A DNA stretch of 49,134 bases, taken from the NCBI GenBank assembly GCA_043803405.1, contig JAZDKB010000032.1, positions 1-49,134 of the forward strand, in the 5' to 3' direction. The notes beneath the pieces were generated by a model. That model was not told where the DNA came from. It worked only from the letters and a program-made list of their open reading frames with translations, and searched no databases. The position numbers and the translations under genes are program-made. This document shows positions 29,897-42,372 of the stretch, piece by piece (positions within the stretch are counted from its first letter, which is position 1; each line of letters opens with the position of its first letter). The DNA is from Spirochaetota bacterium (GTDB lineage: Bacteria; Spirochaetota; UBA4802; JAFGDQ01).

Positions 29897-30445
29897 ATGG
29901 CAAAAGCAACTTCTCTAATAAAGGCATATCAGTCAGAATCAATACCAACTCACGGAGGATTTATAATTACATCTAATTTCGACCCTGATACAACTTATGC
30001 AATTTATGAAATTACCGCATTTTCAAGTGTGAAAGACATTTATCAGACAGGCAATGATTTCAATTTTAAAACCGACGGCGACAGAACACATATACTTGTT
30101 GAACCCCCGATTTATCACGGCAAATCCGAGGAGCCGACTTATAGAGAAGCTGGCAAATCGATTCCATACAGATTCTATGAACTGAATATAATTACTGGAA
30201 AAAAACAGGAAAAAATAATGATTCCCAAAAAACCGACAAGGCTTCATTCATACTTTACTGTTCAGAACGCTAAAGGAACTAATTTTTCTTATTTATTCTA
30301 TCCTACCGAAGATGTATATCTTGCTATAAGGAAATTCATTGCAGATACATTATACAATGACTGTAATGTTGAAAAAACAGACGCAGTCGAAGCGGCAAAA
30401 ATTGCGCTTGAAACAATTAAAAAATTTTCGATCTGGGACGGTTAA
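29897..30445 (+). CDS. Hypothetical protein
   Basis: 182-aa ORF with AGGA RBS; no recognised motif. Confidence 0.7.
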   Translation: MAKATSLIKAYQSESIPTHGGFIITSNFDPDTTYAIYEITAFSSVKDIYQTGNDFNFKTDGDRTHILVEPPIYHGKSEEPTYREAGKSIPYRFYELNIITGKKQEKIMIPKKPTRLHSYFTVQNAKGTNFSYLFYPTEDVYLAIRKFIADTLYNDCNVEKTDAVEAAKIALETIKKFSIWDG

Positions 30446-30567
30446 ACAATAATCAAAAAATAATAAAAAAATTATACTTTTATCTTACCCATTAATATTA
30501 CCGTAATAAAATTATATTGACTTTAAATCTTTATCCTGCCTAGTATTTTCTTATATAATTAAAAAAT

Positions 30568-31320
30568 ATGGAAATCCAGAAAGCCACAGGCATTATATTA
30601 TCCTCACGTGAGTTTGGAGAAGCCGATTACATCTGCACGATTTTTACAAAAGAATTCGGCAAGAGAGACTTTGTATTTAAAGGACTCCGTAAAAGCCGCA
30701 AACGCCCGCAATTAGTTTCAGAGCCGGGCACAACTGCAAAGATAATATATTATTTTCATGACGATAAGCTGTCATATATTGTCAACGAGTACCAAATACT
30801 AAACCATAATATAGATATACGCAACAATCTGAAAAATATTTACCTGCTTTATTATATGCTGGCTCTTGTTGAAAAAACTACCGGTTACAATGACAGGAAT
30901 GTTTCAATATTTAATCTGGCTGCGGCCGGCATAGAAAACATTTCGCTGAATGATTTTCCCGAGCACTTTTCAGTTTTTTTTACATTGCATCTTTTAAAAC
31001 TGCATGGCATTTTACCGGATTTTCAGAGATGCAAATTATGCGGTAACGCTGACAGCACCCTGTATATTGATACAACCGATTTTCATCCTGTGTGCGGGAA
31101 ATGCTTTGGAAGTTGCCAGGGCAGGACTATTCATCTGAAAAAGAATACAAAAGAATATTTGCTTAAATCGCTAGCCTGTAAATTCGCTTCAATAGACCAC
31201 TCTCTTTTTAAAAGTGAGCACATAATCGATCTATTGTTTGCCATCACTCTTTTTATCGAAAATTACTATCATGTTGAGATCAAACCGAAGCATCTTTTAA
31301 TAAATGAGCTGTCTTGTTAA
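30568..31320 (+). CDS. recO: DNA repair protein RecO
   Basis: GIILSSREFGEADYI..IFTKEFGK...KG.RKS OB-fold; CxxC...CxxC zinc finger. Confidence 0.9.
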   Translation: MEIQKATGIILSSREFGEADYICTIFTKEFGKRDFVFKGLRKSRKRPQLVSEPGTTAKIIYYFHDDKLSYIVNEYQILNHNIDIRNNLKNIYLLYYMLALVEKTTGYNDRNVSIFNLAAAGIENISLNDFPEHFSVFFTLHLLKLHGILPDFQRCKLCGNADSTLYIDTTDFHPVCGKCFGSCQGRTIHLKKNTKEYLLKSLACKFASIDHSLFKSEHIIDLLFAITLFIENYYHVEIKPKHLLINELSC

Positions 31321-31339
31321 AATTCTTTTTCTGCATAGA

Positions 31340-31443
31340 AGCACTACAACTGCTCCCGCACGCCAGAATATCCTTCTGCAATATCGGCAATCGCTCCCGC
31401 AACTTTAAACAAACTTCCCGCAAACCCTGCATACCCTTTAAAA
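31340..31443. repeat. Short degenerate tandem array, about 21-bp period (CTYCYGCA core)
   Basis: Cores ending in GCA at 31360, 31380, 31401, 31422. Confidence 0.55.
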
Positions 31444-31669
31444 GTTATGAATATCGGGATAAAAGTGCTAAACATGAGATTGAAAGCGAAATTATATCAT
31501 CAAAATTAAAAAAACGTATAATTTTATAAAGATAATAAATGACTATTATAAATATTTATTTTCAATAATTTTAGTTTTAATAATTTCTCTCTATTTAATT
31601 GACGATTATAATCAATTTTTGATAACTTATATAAAGAAAACATTATATTATTTTTAAGAGAAATACAAA

Positions 31670-33127
31670 ATGAAAATTAAGATAAAAGTTCTTTTCTCAT
31701 TATTCTTTTTTATATTAGTTTTTACATTTGGCTGCTGGTCAAGTAAAGAAACAAAAGAAGATCCGATTGCTGTTATTAATGTAGATATTAACGAGTTAAA
31801 TGGTTTTTCTAATCAATTCACGATGATTTCAGCACAGCCTGCTGCAAAACCCGAAGGCAATGGTGCTTCATCAACAACATACAGTTTTACTTTAACTTCT
31901 GCTGCCGGCACTTCTGGTTCATATATAGCTTCTTCAAATTCTGAACTAGCTTCAGCAGGAGATAAATCCTTAACAGCAAAAAACTCCATATATGGAGCAG
32001 GACAAATAGCATGCGATAATAAAATGCGGCAGATTGAAAATGAATTACTAGCAAGTCAAAAAACACAACTTACAAAAAGCACCCGTTCGGGCATCAATCT
32101 TTCTGCGCCCGCAACCCCGATTGTCGGGATACCATGGGAAAATGTAAAAGTCTATAATGGTACTAGTATGGTACTAATCGATACACACTGTCGATACATT
32201 ACAACTTATGCTTATATTTTTATTGATGATGACGATTGGCCGGCCTTTACTTCAGGTGGTACTTATGGTACAGCCTTTGATACCACTTACGAAAAAAACC
32301 ACACAAAATTCGGAACTGAAAATGATACTGACGGCAATGGAAAAGTCATAATCGTTTTTTCAGGAAAATTAACCGGAGGGCTCCTTGGTTATTTCTATTC
32401 CGGAGATAAATACGCATACAACGCATCTACTAACCCTGATTCAAATGAAGGAGATATTTTTTACATAACAACCGATGGTTATACCAGCTCAACTATTAAT
32501 GGAACGCTAGCACACGAATTTCAGCACATGATATACTTTGATCAGCATGTTAATAGAGGAGTAACAAGCACTTACACATGGCTTAATGAGGCATTATCAC
32601 AAGCTGCAGAATATTATAACACTTATACAGACAATCATCTCGGCCATATCCAAAATTTCTTAGCAAATGGCTGGGAAGGTTTATCACTTACACACTGGGC
32701 ATCATTAGGAAATTACGGCTATGGGGCTATATTTATTAGATATTTAATAGATCAATATGGAGATACGGCTATCTACAATATGTGCTCCACATCAAATGTA
32801 GGCATTCACGCTGTAGAAGCAGCGACCGGACAGGATTTTAATACTATCTTTAATAATTTTGCACAGGCATTAGTGTTATCAGATGTCGCAAGTAACACAA
32901 ATACGCTTTATCAGTTTAAGAATCCCCCTCTCGATCTTGAAGATGTACAGCCTACACCATTGAACGGACGTAGAGGTCTAACAACATCATATCTTTTAGT
33001 ACCTGGCAACAGTGCTAATTGGTGGCTATATCCTTATGAAATCTGGTTTGTTAACTGGACAGGGACATTTAAAAGTATGACTATAACAGGAAACAATATT
33101 GCATGTAATCCAATTGGTTATAACTAA
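31670..33127 (+). CDS. Zinc metallopeptidase lipoprotein (M30/hyicolysin-like)
   Basis: Lipobox TFGC; D.DGNGKVII, GYFYSGD, TLAHEFQHMI, WLNEALS. Confidence 0.8.
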   Translation: MKIKIKVLFSLFFFILVFTFGCWSSKETKEDPIAVINVDINELNGFSNQFTMISAQPAAKPEGNGASSTTYSFTLTSAAGTSGSYIASSNSELASAGDKSLTAKNSIYGAGQIACDNKMRQIENELLASQKTQLTKSTRSGINLSAPATPIVGIPWENVKVYNGTSMVLIDTHCRYITTYAYIFIDDDDWPAFTSGGTYGTAFDTTYEKNHTKFGTENDTDGNGKVIIVFSGKLTGGLLGYFYSGDKYAYNASTNPDSNEGDIFYITTDGYTSSTINGTLAHEFQHMIYFDQHVNRGVTSTYTWLNEALSQAAEYYNTYTDNHLGHIQNFLANGWEGLSLTHWASLGNYGYGAIFIRYLIDQYGDTAIYNMCSTSNVGIHAVEAATGQDFNTIFNNFAQALVLSDVASNTNTLYQFKNPPLDLEDVQPTPLNGRRGLTTSYLLVPGNSANWWLYPYEIWFVNWTGTFKSMTITGNNIACNPIGYN

Positions 33128-33198
33128 GCTATTCTAATAATTTAACGGAAATCAAATATAAATTTCAATTGTTATTATTTTTTTTAGGATAATAAATA

Positions 33199-34053
33199 AT
33201 GTCGTTTAAATATAAAGTCATTCTATTAATATCATCATTTATATTATTTACAATATGTTCTTCCTGCTCTACCGTTAGTATAGAAACAAATATTAAAGAA
33301 TCAAAAAAATATACAGAATACCCAAAGATTGAAGGCAACCGGATCGCGCCGGGACTTAAAGATAACAATAAAATTAAGCAGACAGAATCCGATTCCGATA
33401 AAAAAAAGGAAACAAGTAACTTAACAGGCTCAATAAAGACAAGCTTCGGAACATTTAATTATAAATGGAACATTGATACAAAAGGAATAGCCCACTTAAC
33501 TTCTCTTGAATCAGCCGGATCAGGAGAACTTCCTGCTAAAGAAAAAAAGATATTTATAAAGTTTATTAATGACCGAACAACAGAACTCTACCAGGAATGG
33601 TTCCCGCTTTTAAATGAAAAAAAACCTGTAACATTAAAATACACTGCAGAAGTTCCTTCTTCAAAACTTTTTTCAGCGTTCCCTGACGTAAATTTACAGA
33701 CAGAATCAATTGAATCGAATTCGGATCAAATAATTCAGCCGGTAAGCTGGGGAAAAATCTACCAACATAATAATACACTATATTTGCCTTCAAACATTAA
33801 AACTTCTACAGGCATGCTCAATATTGCTTGGGAGAAAAAAACAAATAAGTTTCCGGAACTAATAGCATTCGATAAAAATAAGAAAGAAAAAAATACTTTA
33901 AAAATATTCATTTTAAATAACGAAAAGAATAATACTTCGATGCTGTTTATTGAAAAAATGCTCCAATCTAAAAATGGCACTATCCCTTATCTTTCATATT
34001 TAATTACAGTGAAAACTGATGAACTGATAACAGGTTTTAAATCCATCCTTTAA
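33199..34053 (+). CDS. Hypothetical lipoprotein
   Basis: Signal peptide ending CSSC; 284-aa ORF. Confidence 0.65.
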   Translation: MSFKYKVILLISSFILFTICSSCSTVSIETNIKESKKYTEYPKIEGNRIAPGLKDNNKIKQTESDSDKKKETSNLTGSIKTSFGTFNYKWNIDTKGIAHLTSLESAGSGELPAKEKKIFIKFINDRTTELYQEWFPLLNEKKPVTLKYTAEVPSSKLFSAFPDVNLQTESIESNSDQIIQPVSWGKIYQHNNTLYLPSNIKTSTGMLNIAWEKKTNKFPELIAFDKNKKEKNTLKIFILNNEKNNTSMLFIEKMLQSKNGTIPYLSYLITVKTDELITGFKSIL

Positions 34054-34143
34054 TAATATTAAATTTAAAAAAAGCTTGATTTTACCATTATATTTTTGAG
34101 AAGCTGGAAATGTTTTTTTAAATAAATAATCGAAGGTATTTAT

Positions 34144-35439
34144 ATGATAGAAAGATACTCCAGAAAAGAAATTTCAAATATCTGGACACTTGAAAATAAA
34201 TTCAGAATCTGGCTGGATATTGAAATAGCAGCATGTGAAGCCCAGGCTGAACTCGGAATAATACCTCAAGAAGAATTAAAGTCTATAAAAGATAAAGCTT
34301 CTTTTGATGTCAAACGAATAGAAGAAATAGAAAACCAGGTTCATCATGATGTTATCGCTTTTTTGACGTCTGTATCCGAATTTGTCGGTCCAGCCAGTCG
34401 GTATATCCATTATGGGCTTACTTCAAGCGATATTGTGGACACTGCGCTTTCTATTCAATGCAGACAGGCTGGCAAAATTATTCTTAATGATATTGATCAG
34501 CTATTATCGGCATTAAAAGTACTTGCACTTAAGCACAAGAATACTCCTTGTATAGGACGTTCCCATGGTGTACATGCAGAACCTACAAGTTTTGGACTTA
34601 AAATTGCATTATATTTTAAGGAATTTGAGCGCAATAAAGAAAGGATGGAGAGAGCAATACTGAATATTTCATTCGGGAAGCTTTCGGGGGCTGTCGGAAA
34701 CTTTACGAATATTTCTCCTGAAGTAGAACAAAAAGTATGCGAAAAACTGGGACTTACTCCTGCGCCTATATCAACACAAATTTTACAGAGAGACAGACAT
34801 GCTGAATATATGTCCGCTATTGCTATCACTGCAGCCAGTCTCGATAAACTGGCAACAGAAATAAGGCATCTGCAGCGTACAGAAGTTCGTGAAGCTGAAG
34901 AGCCTTTTCAAAAAGGTCAAAAAGGATCTTCCGCTATGCCGCATAAACGAAATCCGATATTGTGCGAGCGCGTATCCGGCCTTTCACGTGTAATCAAGTC
35001 CAATATGATTGCCGCACTTGATGATGTAACACTGTGGCATGAACGGGATATTTCTCATTCATCAACAGAAAGAGTTATACTTCCTGATTCAACCATTACA
35101 CTGGATTATCTTCTGGATAGAATGATATTTATTATAAAAAACCTCCTTATTTATCCTGAAAATATGCTGCAGAATATTAATTTAACCGGTGGACTATTTT
35201 ATTCACAAACTCTTTTGCTTAATCTGGTGGAAAAAGGAATGACAAGGGAATCTGCTTACTCAATTGTTCAATCAATTACAATGCGTGTCTGGAAAAAAGA
35301 AGGCTCCTTAAAGGAATTGATTTTAAAAGATCAAAATATAATAAAATATTTAAACGAAAATAATATAAATGAGATATTCGATATTACGAAATATTTAAAA
35401 AATATTGATTTTATTTTTAAAAGAGCTGGGTTGGAATAA
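34144..35439 (+). CDS. purB: Adenylosuccinate lyase
   Basis: MIERYSR, HDVIAF, HYGLTSSD, GRSHGVHAEP, GSSAMPHKRNP. Confidence 0.98.
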   Translation: MIERYSRKEISNIWTLENKFRIWLDIEIAACEAQAELGIIPQEELKSIKDKASFDVKRIEEIENQVHHDVIAFLTSVSEFVGPASRYIHYGLTSSDIVDTALSIQCRQAGKIILNDIDQLLSALKVLALKHKNTPCIGRSHGVHAEPTSFGLKIALYFKEFERNKERMERAILNISFGKLSGAVGNFTNISPEVEQKVCEKLGLTPAPISTQILQRDRHAEYMSAIAITAASLDKLATEIRHLQRTEVREAEEPFQKGQKGSSAMPHKRNPILCERVSGLSRVIKSNMIAALDDVTLWHERDISHSSTERVILPDSTITLDYLLDRMIFIIKNLLIYPENMLQNINLTGGLFYSQTLLLNLVEKGMTRESAYSIVQSITMRVWKKEGSLKELILKDQNIIKYLNENNINEIFDITKYLKNIDFIFKRAGLE

Positions 35440-35471
35440 CATATTTTAATTTATAGAGGTTATTAATTAGA

Positions 35472-35531
35472 AAGCCCATAAAAACATATTCTTGAAAATT
35501 AATAAAAAATATTATATGTTTTTACGGGCTT
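35472..35531. terminator. Inverted repeat between convergent purB and atpC
   Basis: AAGCCCATAAAAACATAT / ATATGTTTTTACGGGCTT, one mismatch. Confidence 0.65.
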
Positions 35532-35536
35532 AATTA

Positions 35537-35938
35537 TTATTTTTTAGATACTTTTAGTTGTATTTTCAGCTTTTGAATCTCTTTGGCTATCTTTTCTCTT
35601 TCAACAGGGTCTTTTGGTTTTTCCTGTTCCTGTAATTTTTTAATCTCTTTTTCAATACCTTCTTTATATAAATCGCTTCTTTTGTATGCATGCATCGGAA
35701 ATATTGAGAGTTTATTGTTTATTATCTCAACAAATCCGCCTTCCACAACTAGATACTCTTTATGATTACCGTTGGTCAGCCTGACTTCTCCAAGTCCTAA
35801 TGCTGCTATCAGGGGTGCATGGTTATAAAGAAAGCCCATCTCCCCTTTTTGCGCACCAGGTACGATAGCTAAATCAACTTCACCATTATAAACCTGACCG
35901 TCAGGTGTGAGAACATTACAACTAATTTTCCTTTCCAT
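35537..35938 (-). CDS. atpC: ATP synthase F1 epsilon subunit
   Basis: VLTPDG, GEMGFLYNHAPLI, VEGGFVEI. Confidence 0.93.
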   Translation of the reverse strand: MERKISCNVLTPDGQVYNGEVDLAIVPGAQKGEMGFLYNHAPLIAALGLGEVRLTNGNHKEYLVVEGGFVEIINNKLSIFPMHAYKRSDLYKEGIEKEIKKLQEQEKPKDPVEREKIAKEIQKLKIQLKVSKK

Positions 35939-35941
35939 ATA

Positions 35942-37366
<1,425 letters not shown>

Positions 37367-37394
37367 CTATGGCTAAAGATAATCTCGTTTAATT

Positions 37395-38288
37395 CTAACC
37401 TAAAGCTGCAGCACCGCCGACGATTTCAGCAATTTCATTAGTAATCTTGGCTTGTCTTGCACGATTATATTTAATTGTTAAACTTCTAACCATGTCATTT
37501 GCTGCATCAGTTGCATTTTTCATTGCTATTCTTCTTGCATTCTGTTCAGCGAAGCCAGATTCCAGTATATTAAGATATAATTTAATTGTTATATATAACG
37601 GTAAAAACGATGCCAGCAATATATTCGGATCCGGTTCAAAGATGAATTTTGTCCTTAAACCACCTCTTTCTTCCACCGGTACTTCTTTCTGAATCTCTTC
37701 AATTGAAATGGGAAGTAACCTATATATACTAGGTTTATAAGTGACTGAAGATAATACTTTCGTATATGATATATATACTTCGCTTACTTCACCATATTTA
37801 TATAAATTTAGTAAATCTGAACCAAGACGAATTGCATCGTTAAACCTGATTTTATCTTCAAGATTTGCTTCTGATTTGTATAAAGGTAAATTTATAAATT
37901 TAAAATAATTTATTCCTTTTTTCCCTATCATCTGAAGCAAATATTTTTTGTCTCCTTCCGCTAATATCTTGTCTTTAAAAGCGAGTGTGTTATTAATTAC
38001 ATTCGTATTATAACCACCACAAAGCCCGCGATTTCCTGTAATTGTTAAGATCAGTTTATTTTGAACCAATTTTGTAGTTTTAAACATGCTGTCATCAGTA
38101 ATTGGTACACCGGAATCGAAAACATTAGATATTAAGTTTTCAAGTTTTTTTACGAACGGTTTAGTGTTAGCGAGACGTGTCTGCATCTTTTTCATTTTTG
38201 ATGTAGACACCATTTCCATGGTTTTAGTAATTTTCTTCGTACTGGAAACTGATTTTATTCTTTTTAGTATTTCTCTTTGAGTAGCCAA
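37395..38288 (-). CDS. atpG: ATP synthase F1 gamma subunit
   Basis: RIKSV..TKKITKTMEMV, RGLCGGYN, NRARQAKITNEIAEIVGG; TTG start. Confidence 0.97.
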   Translation of the reverse strand: MATQREILKRIKSVSSTKKITKTMEMVSTSKMKKMQTRLANTKPFVKKLENLISNVFDSGVPITDDSMFKTTKLVQNKLILTITGNRGLCGGYNTNVINNTLAFKDKILAEGDKKYLLQMIGKKGINYFKFINLPLYKSEANLEDKIRFNDAIRLGSDLLNLYKYGEVSEVYISYTKVLSSVTYKPSIYRLLPISIEEIQKEVPVEERGGLRTKFIFEPDPNILLASFLPLYITIKLYLNILESGFAEQNARRIAMKNATDAANDMVRSLTIKYNRARQAKITNEIAEIVGGAAALG

Positions 38289-38472
38289 GGTTCAAAACTC
38301 CTCTGTCACATTAAGCATAAATATTGAATCACGTGCCTTGTGCAATGAAATCTTTTTGCAAAAATAACTATTTTATATTACGTTTTAATTTAAATTTGTT
38401 TTATATGCTGCAATATCAATTGTGACAATTTTCAATTGCAACATATAAATTTTCCGATTATATTTGTTAAAA

Positions 38473-39981
38473 TTAAACCGGTTTATAATTTTCAACAAAC
38501 TGTTTCGTAATATTTTTTAACTCTTCTTCTCTTTTTAATTCCCCTGTTTTTATTATCTCATCTAGTAAATCAGAGTGGGAATCTCTTAACATTCTTAAAT
38601 ATCTTTCTTCGAAATCTTTAACTTTATCAAGATCGATTTTATCAAGATAACCCTGTGTACCGGCAAAAATAATAGCTGTTTGCTCTGCAACTGACATCGG
38701 AACGTATTGTTCTTGTTTTAATATCTCAACAAGTCTCCTTCCTCTCTCTAATTGTTGCTGTGATGAAGCATCAAGCTCTGTTCCAAGTTGTGCGAACGCT
38801 TCTAATTCTCTAAACTGTGCCAGATCAAGTCTTAATGATCCTGCATATTTACGCATGGCTTTAGTTTGTGCATTACCTCCAACTCGGGAAACTGAAATAC
38901 CTACATCTACGGCCGGTCTTATACCGGATGCAAACAGTCCAGGTTGCAGGTATATCTGTCCGTCAGTAATTGATATAACATTTGTTGGAATATATGCAGA
39001 AACTTCACCTTCCTGTGTCTCAATGATTGGTAGTGCTGTTAATGAGCCTCCTCCCAAATCCTCTGACAACTTGACTGATCTTTCAAGAAGCCTTGAGTGA
39101 CAATAAAAAATATCACCAGGGAAAGCTTCTCTTCCAGGCGGTCTCCGTAATAACAATGAAAGCTGTCTATATGCGTTCGCCTGTTTTGTGAGGTCATCAT
39201 ATATACAAAGTGTATCTTTGCCTTTATCGAACATATAATATTCGGCCATGGCACATCCGGCATAAGGAGCAATGTATTGAAGAGGTGCCGGATCCGATGC
39301 ACTTGCAGTAACGACAACTGTATATTCCATGGCTCCATATTCTTCAAGCTTCTGCACAACTGCCGCGACAGTTGAAGCTTTCTGACCTATTGCTATATAA
39401 AAGCACAAGACGCCTTTGCCTTTCTGATTTATTATTGTATCAACAGCTATAGCAGTTTTTCCGGTTTTACGGTCACCGATTATAAGCTCTCTTTGTCCTC
39501 TTCCGATTGGTATCATTGAATCGATAGCTTTTATACCTGTCTGAAGAGGTGCTCTAACCGGCTGCCTGTCAGCAATACCCGGAGCTAAAAATTCAACAGG
39601 ACGCATTTTCTTTGTATTAAGAGGTCCTTTATTGTCTAATGGTACGCCTAGTGGGGTCACTACCCTACCTAAAAGCTCATCGCCGACAGGTGTTGCGAGT
39701 ACCCGATTAAGCCTTTTAACAGTATCGCCTTCCTGAATAGTCAGATAGTCGCCAAGTATAACCGCTCCAATTGAGTCTTCTTCAAGATTAAAAACCAGAC
39801 CCTGAGCGCCGTTTTGGAATTCAAGCATTTCACCGGCCATAGCCTTAGAAAGACCATATAGTTTTGCAATACCGTCTCCAACCTGAAGAACAGTACCGGT
39901 TTCGCTTACATCCAACTCGGATTTATAGCCTTCTATCTCTTTTTTGATTATCGATTTTATTTCTTCCGCTTTAATCTTCAT
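38473..39981 (-). CDS. atpA: ATP synthase F1 alpha subunit
   Basis: [34 protein letters not shown]; likely start MKIKAEEI at 39981. Confidence 0.99.
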   Translation of the reverse strand: MKIKAEEIKSIIKKEIEGYKSELDVSETGTVLQVGDGIAKLYGLSKAMAGEMLEFQNGAQGLVFNLEEDSIGAVILGDYLTIQEGDTVKRLNRVLATPVGDELLGRVVTPLGVPLDNKGPLNTKKMRPVEFLAPGIADRQPVRAPLQTGIKAIDSMIPIGRGQRELIIGDRKTGKTAIAVDTIINQKGKGVLCFYIAIGQKASTVAAVVQKLEEYGAMEYTVVVTASASDPAPLQYIAPYAGCAMAEYYMFDKGKDTLCIYDDLTKQANAYRQLSLLLRRPPGREAFPGDIFYCHSRLLERSVKLSEDLGGGSLTALPIIETQEGEVSAYIPTNVISITDGQIYLQPGLFASGIRPAVDVGISVSRVGGNAQTKAMRKYAGSLRLDLAQFRELEAFAQLGTELDASSQQQLERGRRLVEILKQEQYVPMSVAEQTAIIFAGTQGYLDKIDLDKVKDFEERYLRMLRDSHSDLLDEIIKTGELKREEELKNITKQFVENYKPV

Positions 39982-40546
39982 AAACCGTCGAGCCCCCGAC
40001 TTTTGTTTCAATAAGTTTCGCTCTCATAATATTCAAATCTTTAACAATAGAACCGTCTATTAACATATCATCAATTCTGATTATGATGCCGCCAAGAATA
40101 GATTTGTTTACTTCTTCTTCTACTATAATAGTCTTTTTAAGTTTTCGACTAATAGCTTCCTCTATTCTTTTTAACGTAGCGTTTTCCAATTTTACACTAG
40201 TTATTACCTTAATCTTTTGTCTATTATTTATCTGATCCATCAAATCGACAAAATTTTTATAGATATCCACAATATAAGACTGGCGGTCATTGTCTATTAG
40301 CACTTTTAAAAAAATGATTATATCCTGACTTACTTTATCCCGAAACAATTTATCAATCAATTGTTTCTTTTTATCTTTAGATATAATCGGTGCATTTAAA
40401 AAGAGCATAAAATCCTTTTCAGAAGATATGATTCCTACTATTGATTCCAGCTCTTCCCCAATGCGGGGCAGGATATTATTTTCAACACTAATATCCAATA
40501 AAGCGCCCGCATAAATTTTAGATACTTCTTTTCCTGCCACTGTCAA
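39971..40546 (-). CDS. atpH: ATP synthase F1 delta subunit
   Basis: [26 protein letters not shown]. Confidence 0.93.
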   Translation of the reverse strand: MTVAGKEVSKIYAGALLDISVENNILPRIGEELESIVGIISSEKDFMLFLNAPIISKDKKKQLIDKLFRDKVSQDIIIFLKVLIDNDRQSYIVDIYKNFVDLMDQINNRQKIKVITSVKLENATLKRIEEAISRKLKKTIIVEEEVNKSILGGIIIRIDDMLIDGSIVKDLNIMRAKLIETKVGGSTVYED

Positions 40547-40594
40547 TACCTTGCTTTATTATTTAAGGATAATAACCCACAACTTCTATTGTTA

Positions 40595-41104
40595 CTATTG
40601 AATACTATCAACTTTATTGAGAGCATTTTTCACAATAGCTTCCTGGTCTTCCGGTTTTAAGTTCTTGACTATTATTTTAGATGCAATATCCGTAGCTATA
40701 TTAACAATCTCAAGTTTAAGCTCACTAACTGCTTTATCTTTGGCCATAACTACTTCTCTTTTTGCTCTGTCTGCAATATCTTTGGATTCCTGACTTGCCT
40801 TTGCAATAATTTCGGAACGAATTTTTTCTGCGCTTGTCTTTCCTTCCGCAATTATTTTTGCTGTTTCTTCTCTAGCATTTTCCATCATTTCGCTATGCTT
40901 TTTAAGAATAGCTTCTGCATCAGCACGTGATCTTTCAGCTTTTTCAATATCACCTTTAAGTTTTTGAGCTCTTGAATCAAGAGCATTAACAATAGGTTTC
41001 CAAGCTGATTTCCAAAGGATAAGCACCATTGTTAAAAAGGTTATAATAGTCCAAATTAATAACCCCGGTTCAACCTTTAATAAACCTTCTTTTAAAGCAT
41101 CCAT
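40595..41104 (-). CDS. atpF: ATP synthase Fo subunit b
   Basis: PGLLIWTIITF...LWKSAWKPI..ALD.R followed by coiled coil. Confidence 0.94.
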   Translation of the reverse strand: MDALKEGLLKVEPGLLIWTIITFLTMVLILWKSAWKPIVNALDSRAQKLKGDIEKAERSRADAEAILKKHSEMMENAREETAKIIAEGKTSAEKIRSEIIAKASQESKDIADRAKREVVMAKDKAVSELKLEIVNIATDIASKIIVKNLKPEDQEAIVKNALNKVDSIQ

Positions 41105-41131
41105 AAAAGAGTCCTGCTTTTAAATTTGTAA

Positions 41132-41362
41132 TTAAGCCTTCATTGCCAGCATGAACATAATAACAAGAGCAAAGAAAGTAAAACCTTCTATAAGAGCTGC
41201 AGCAATAATCATTGCAGTTCTTAAATCGCCTAGTAGCTCCGGCTGCCTTGACATACTCTCAAAGGCAATACCAGCAAGTCTAGCTATACCCATAGCAGCT
41301 CCGAATACTGTTACACCTGATCCAATACCTGCTCCTAAATAAGCTAAGCCTAAATTTTCCAT
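41132..41362 (-). CDS. atpE: ATP synthase Fo subunit c
   Basis: Gly-rich helix 1, RQPE loop, AAALIEG. Confidence 0.96.
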   Translation of the reverse strand: MENLGLAYLGAGIGSGVTVFGAAMGIARLAGIAFESMSRQPELLGDLRTAMIIAAALIEGFTFFALVIMFMLAMKA

Positions 41363-41477
41363 GCACTCCTCCTGTGAAATTATATAATTTATGTTTCATT
41401 TAATATCAATAATTTTGATATAATTATATTCCTTAATATTTTATAATTAAAAAATATCCAATATTTAATGCTCAACA

Positions 41478-42344
41478 TTAGTGAGCGTGTAAAGAAGATC
41501 CTATAAACATTGCCGAAAGAGATGCAAATATATATGCCTGGATAAAAGCCACCAGCAGTTCAAGGAAGTATATCATTAATGCTCCGACAACGGACCCGAT
41601 TCCTACAAAATAATTCTGAAACATCATTACTAAATATAAGAATACTATTACAACTACATGGCCTCCTGTCATGTTGGCAAAAAGACGTATTGTCAATGCA
41701 AAAGGCTTAATCATAAGACCCAGCAACTCTATAGGAAATAAAAGTATTATTCCGATTACGGCAGGCACTCCATGCGGGACAAGACCTTTAAAATAGCTGA
41801 ATGGACCCTGTTTTATAACTCCTACTCCAATCATGGCGGTTAAAGTAAGAATTGCCAATCCTGCTGTAACTGCTAGATTACCGGTAGGCGTCTGCAGTGT
41901 AGGTATAAGTCCCATATAATTGCAGATCAAAACAAAGAAAAACAAAGAACAGAAATACGGCATTGCTTTCTTCTCATAATGATGATCAAAATTAGGAGCT
42001 ACAATATCATCATGGACAAAACCGATCAAAGCTTCCCACATATTAACCCATTTGGAACTTGAAACGCTTTGTTTTTTAAGTGCTCTTGCTACAGGAATGA
42101 AAATAAGCATTAGCGCTATTGCCACGCCCCACATCAGTAATACAAATTTGGTTATTCTCATGTCGAACATACCAAATAGCTTTTCGTTTAAAAAATGTTC
42201 ATTTAATTCACTGATTGGCCAGAAGTGCGGGAGACTATCACCCAGATGGTGAACAACAATATCATTTATCGATTCCTTTTCGCCGCCGTGGCCGCCTTCT
42301 GCTGATGCGGCAAAGGAACTAAAGATTTGCAATAAACGAAACAT
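41478..42344 (-). CDS. atpB: ATP synthase Fo subunit a
   Basis: NYMGLIP, PTGN, KPFALTIRLFANMTGGH, LELLVAFIQAYIF. Confidence 0.97.
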   Translation of the reverse strand: MFRLLQIFSSFAASAEGGHGGEKESINDIVVHHLGDSLPHFWPISELNEHFLNEKLFGMFDMRITKFVLLMWGVAIALMLIFIPVARALKKQSVSSSKWVNMWEALIGFVHDDIVAPNFDHHYEKKAMPYFCSLFFFVLICNYMGLIPTLQTPTGNLAVTAGLAILTLTAMIGVGVIKQGPFSYFKGLVPHGVPAVIGIILLFPIELLGLMIKPFALTIRLFANMTGGHVVVIVFLYLVMMFQNYFVGIGSVVGALMIYFLELLVAFIQAYIFASLSAMFIGSSLHAH

Positions 42345-42372
42345 TGAAATAATCCTTTTTATTTATTTAATA

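Noticed and set aside
31314..31529. 71-aa ORF after recO
   Set aside because: TTG start, spans the degenerate repeat and an AT-rich spacer, no recognisable motif.
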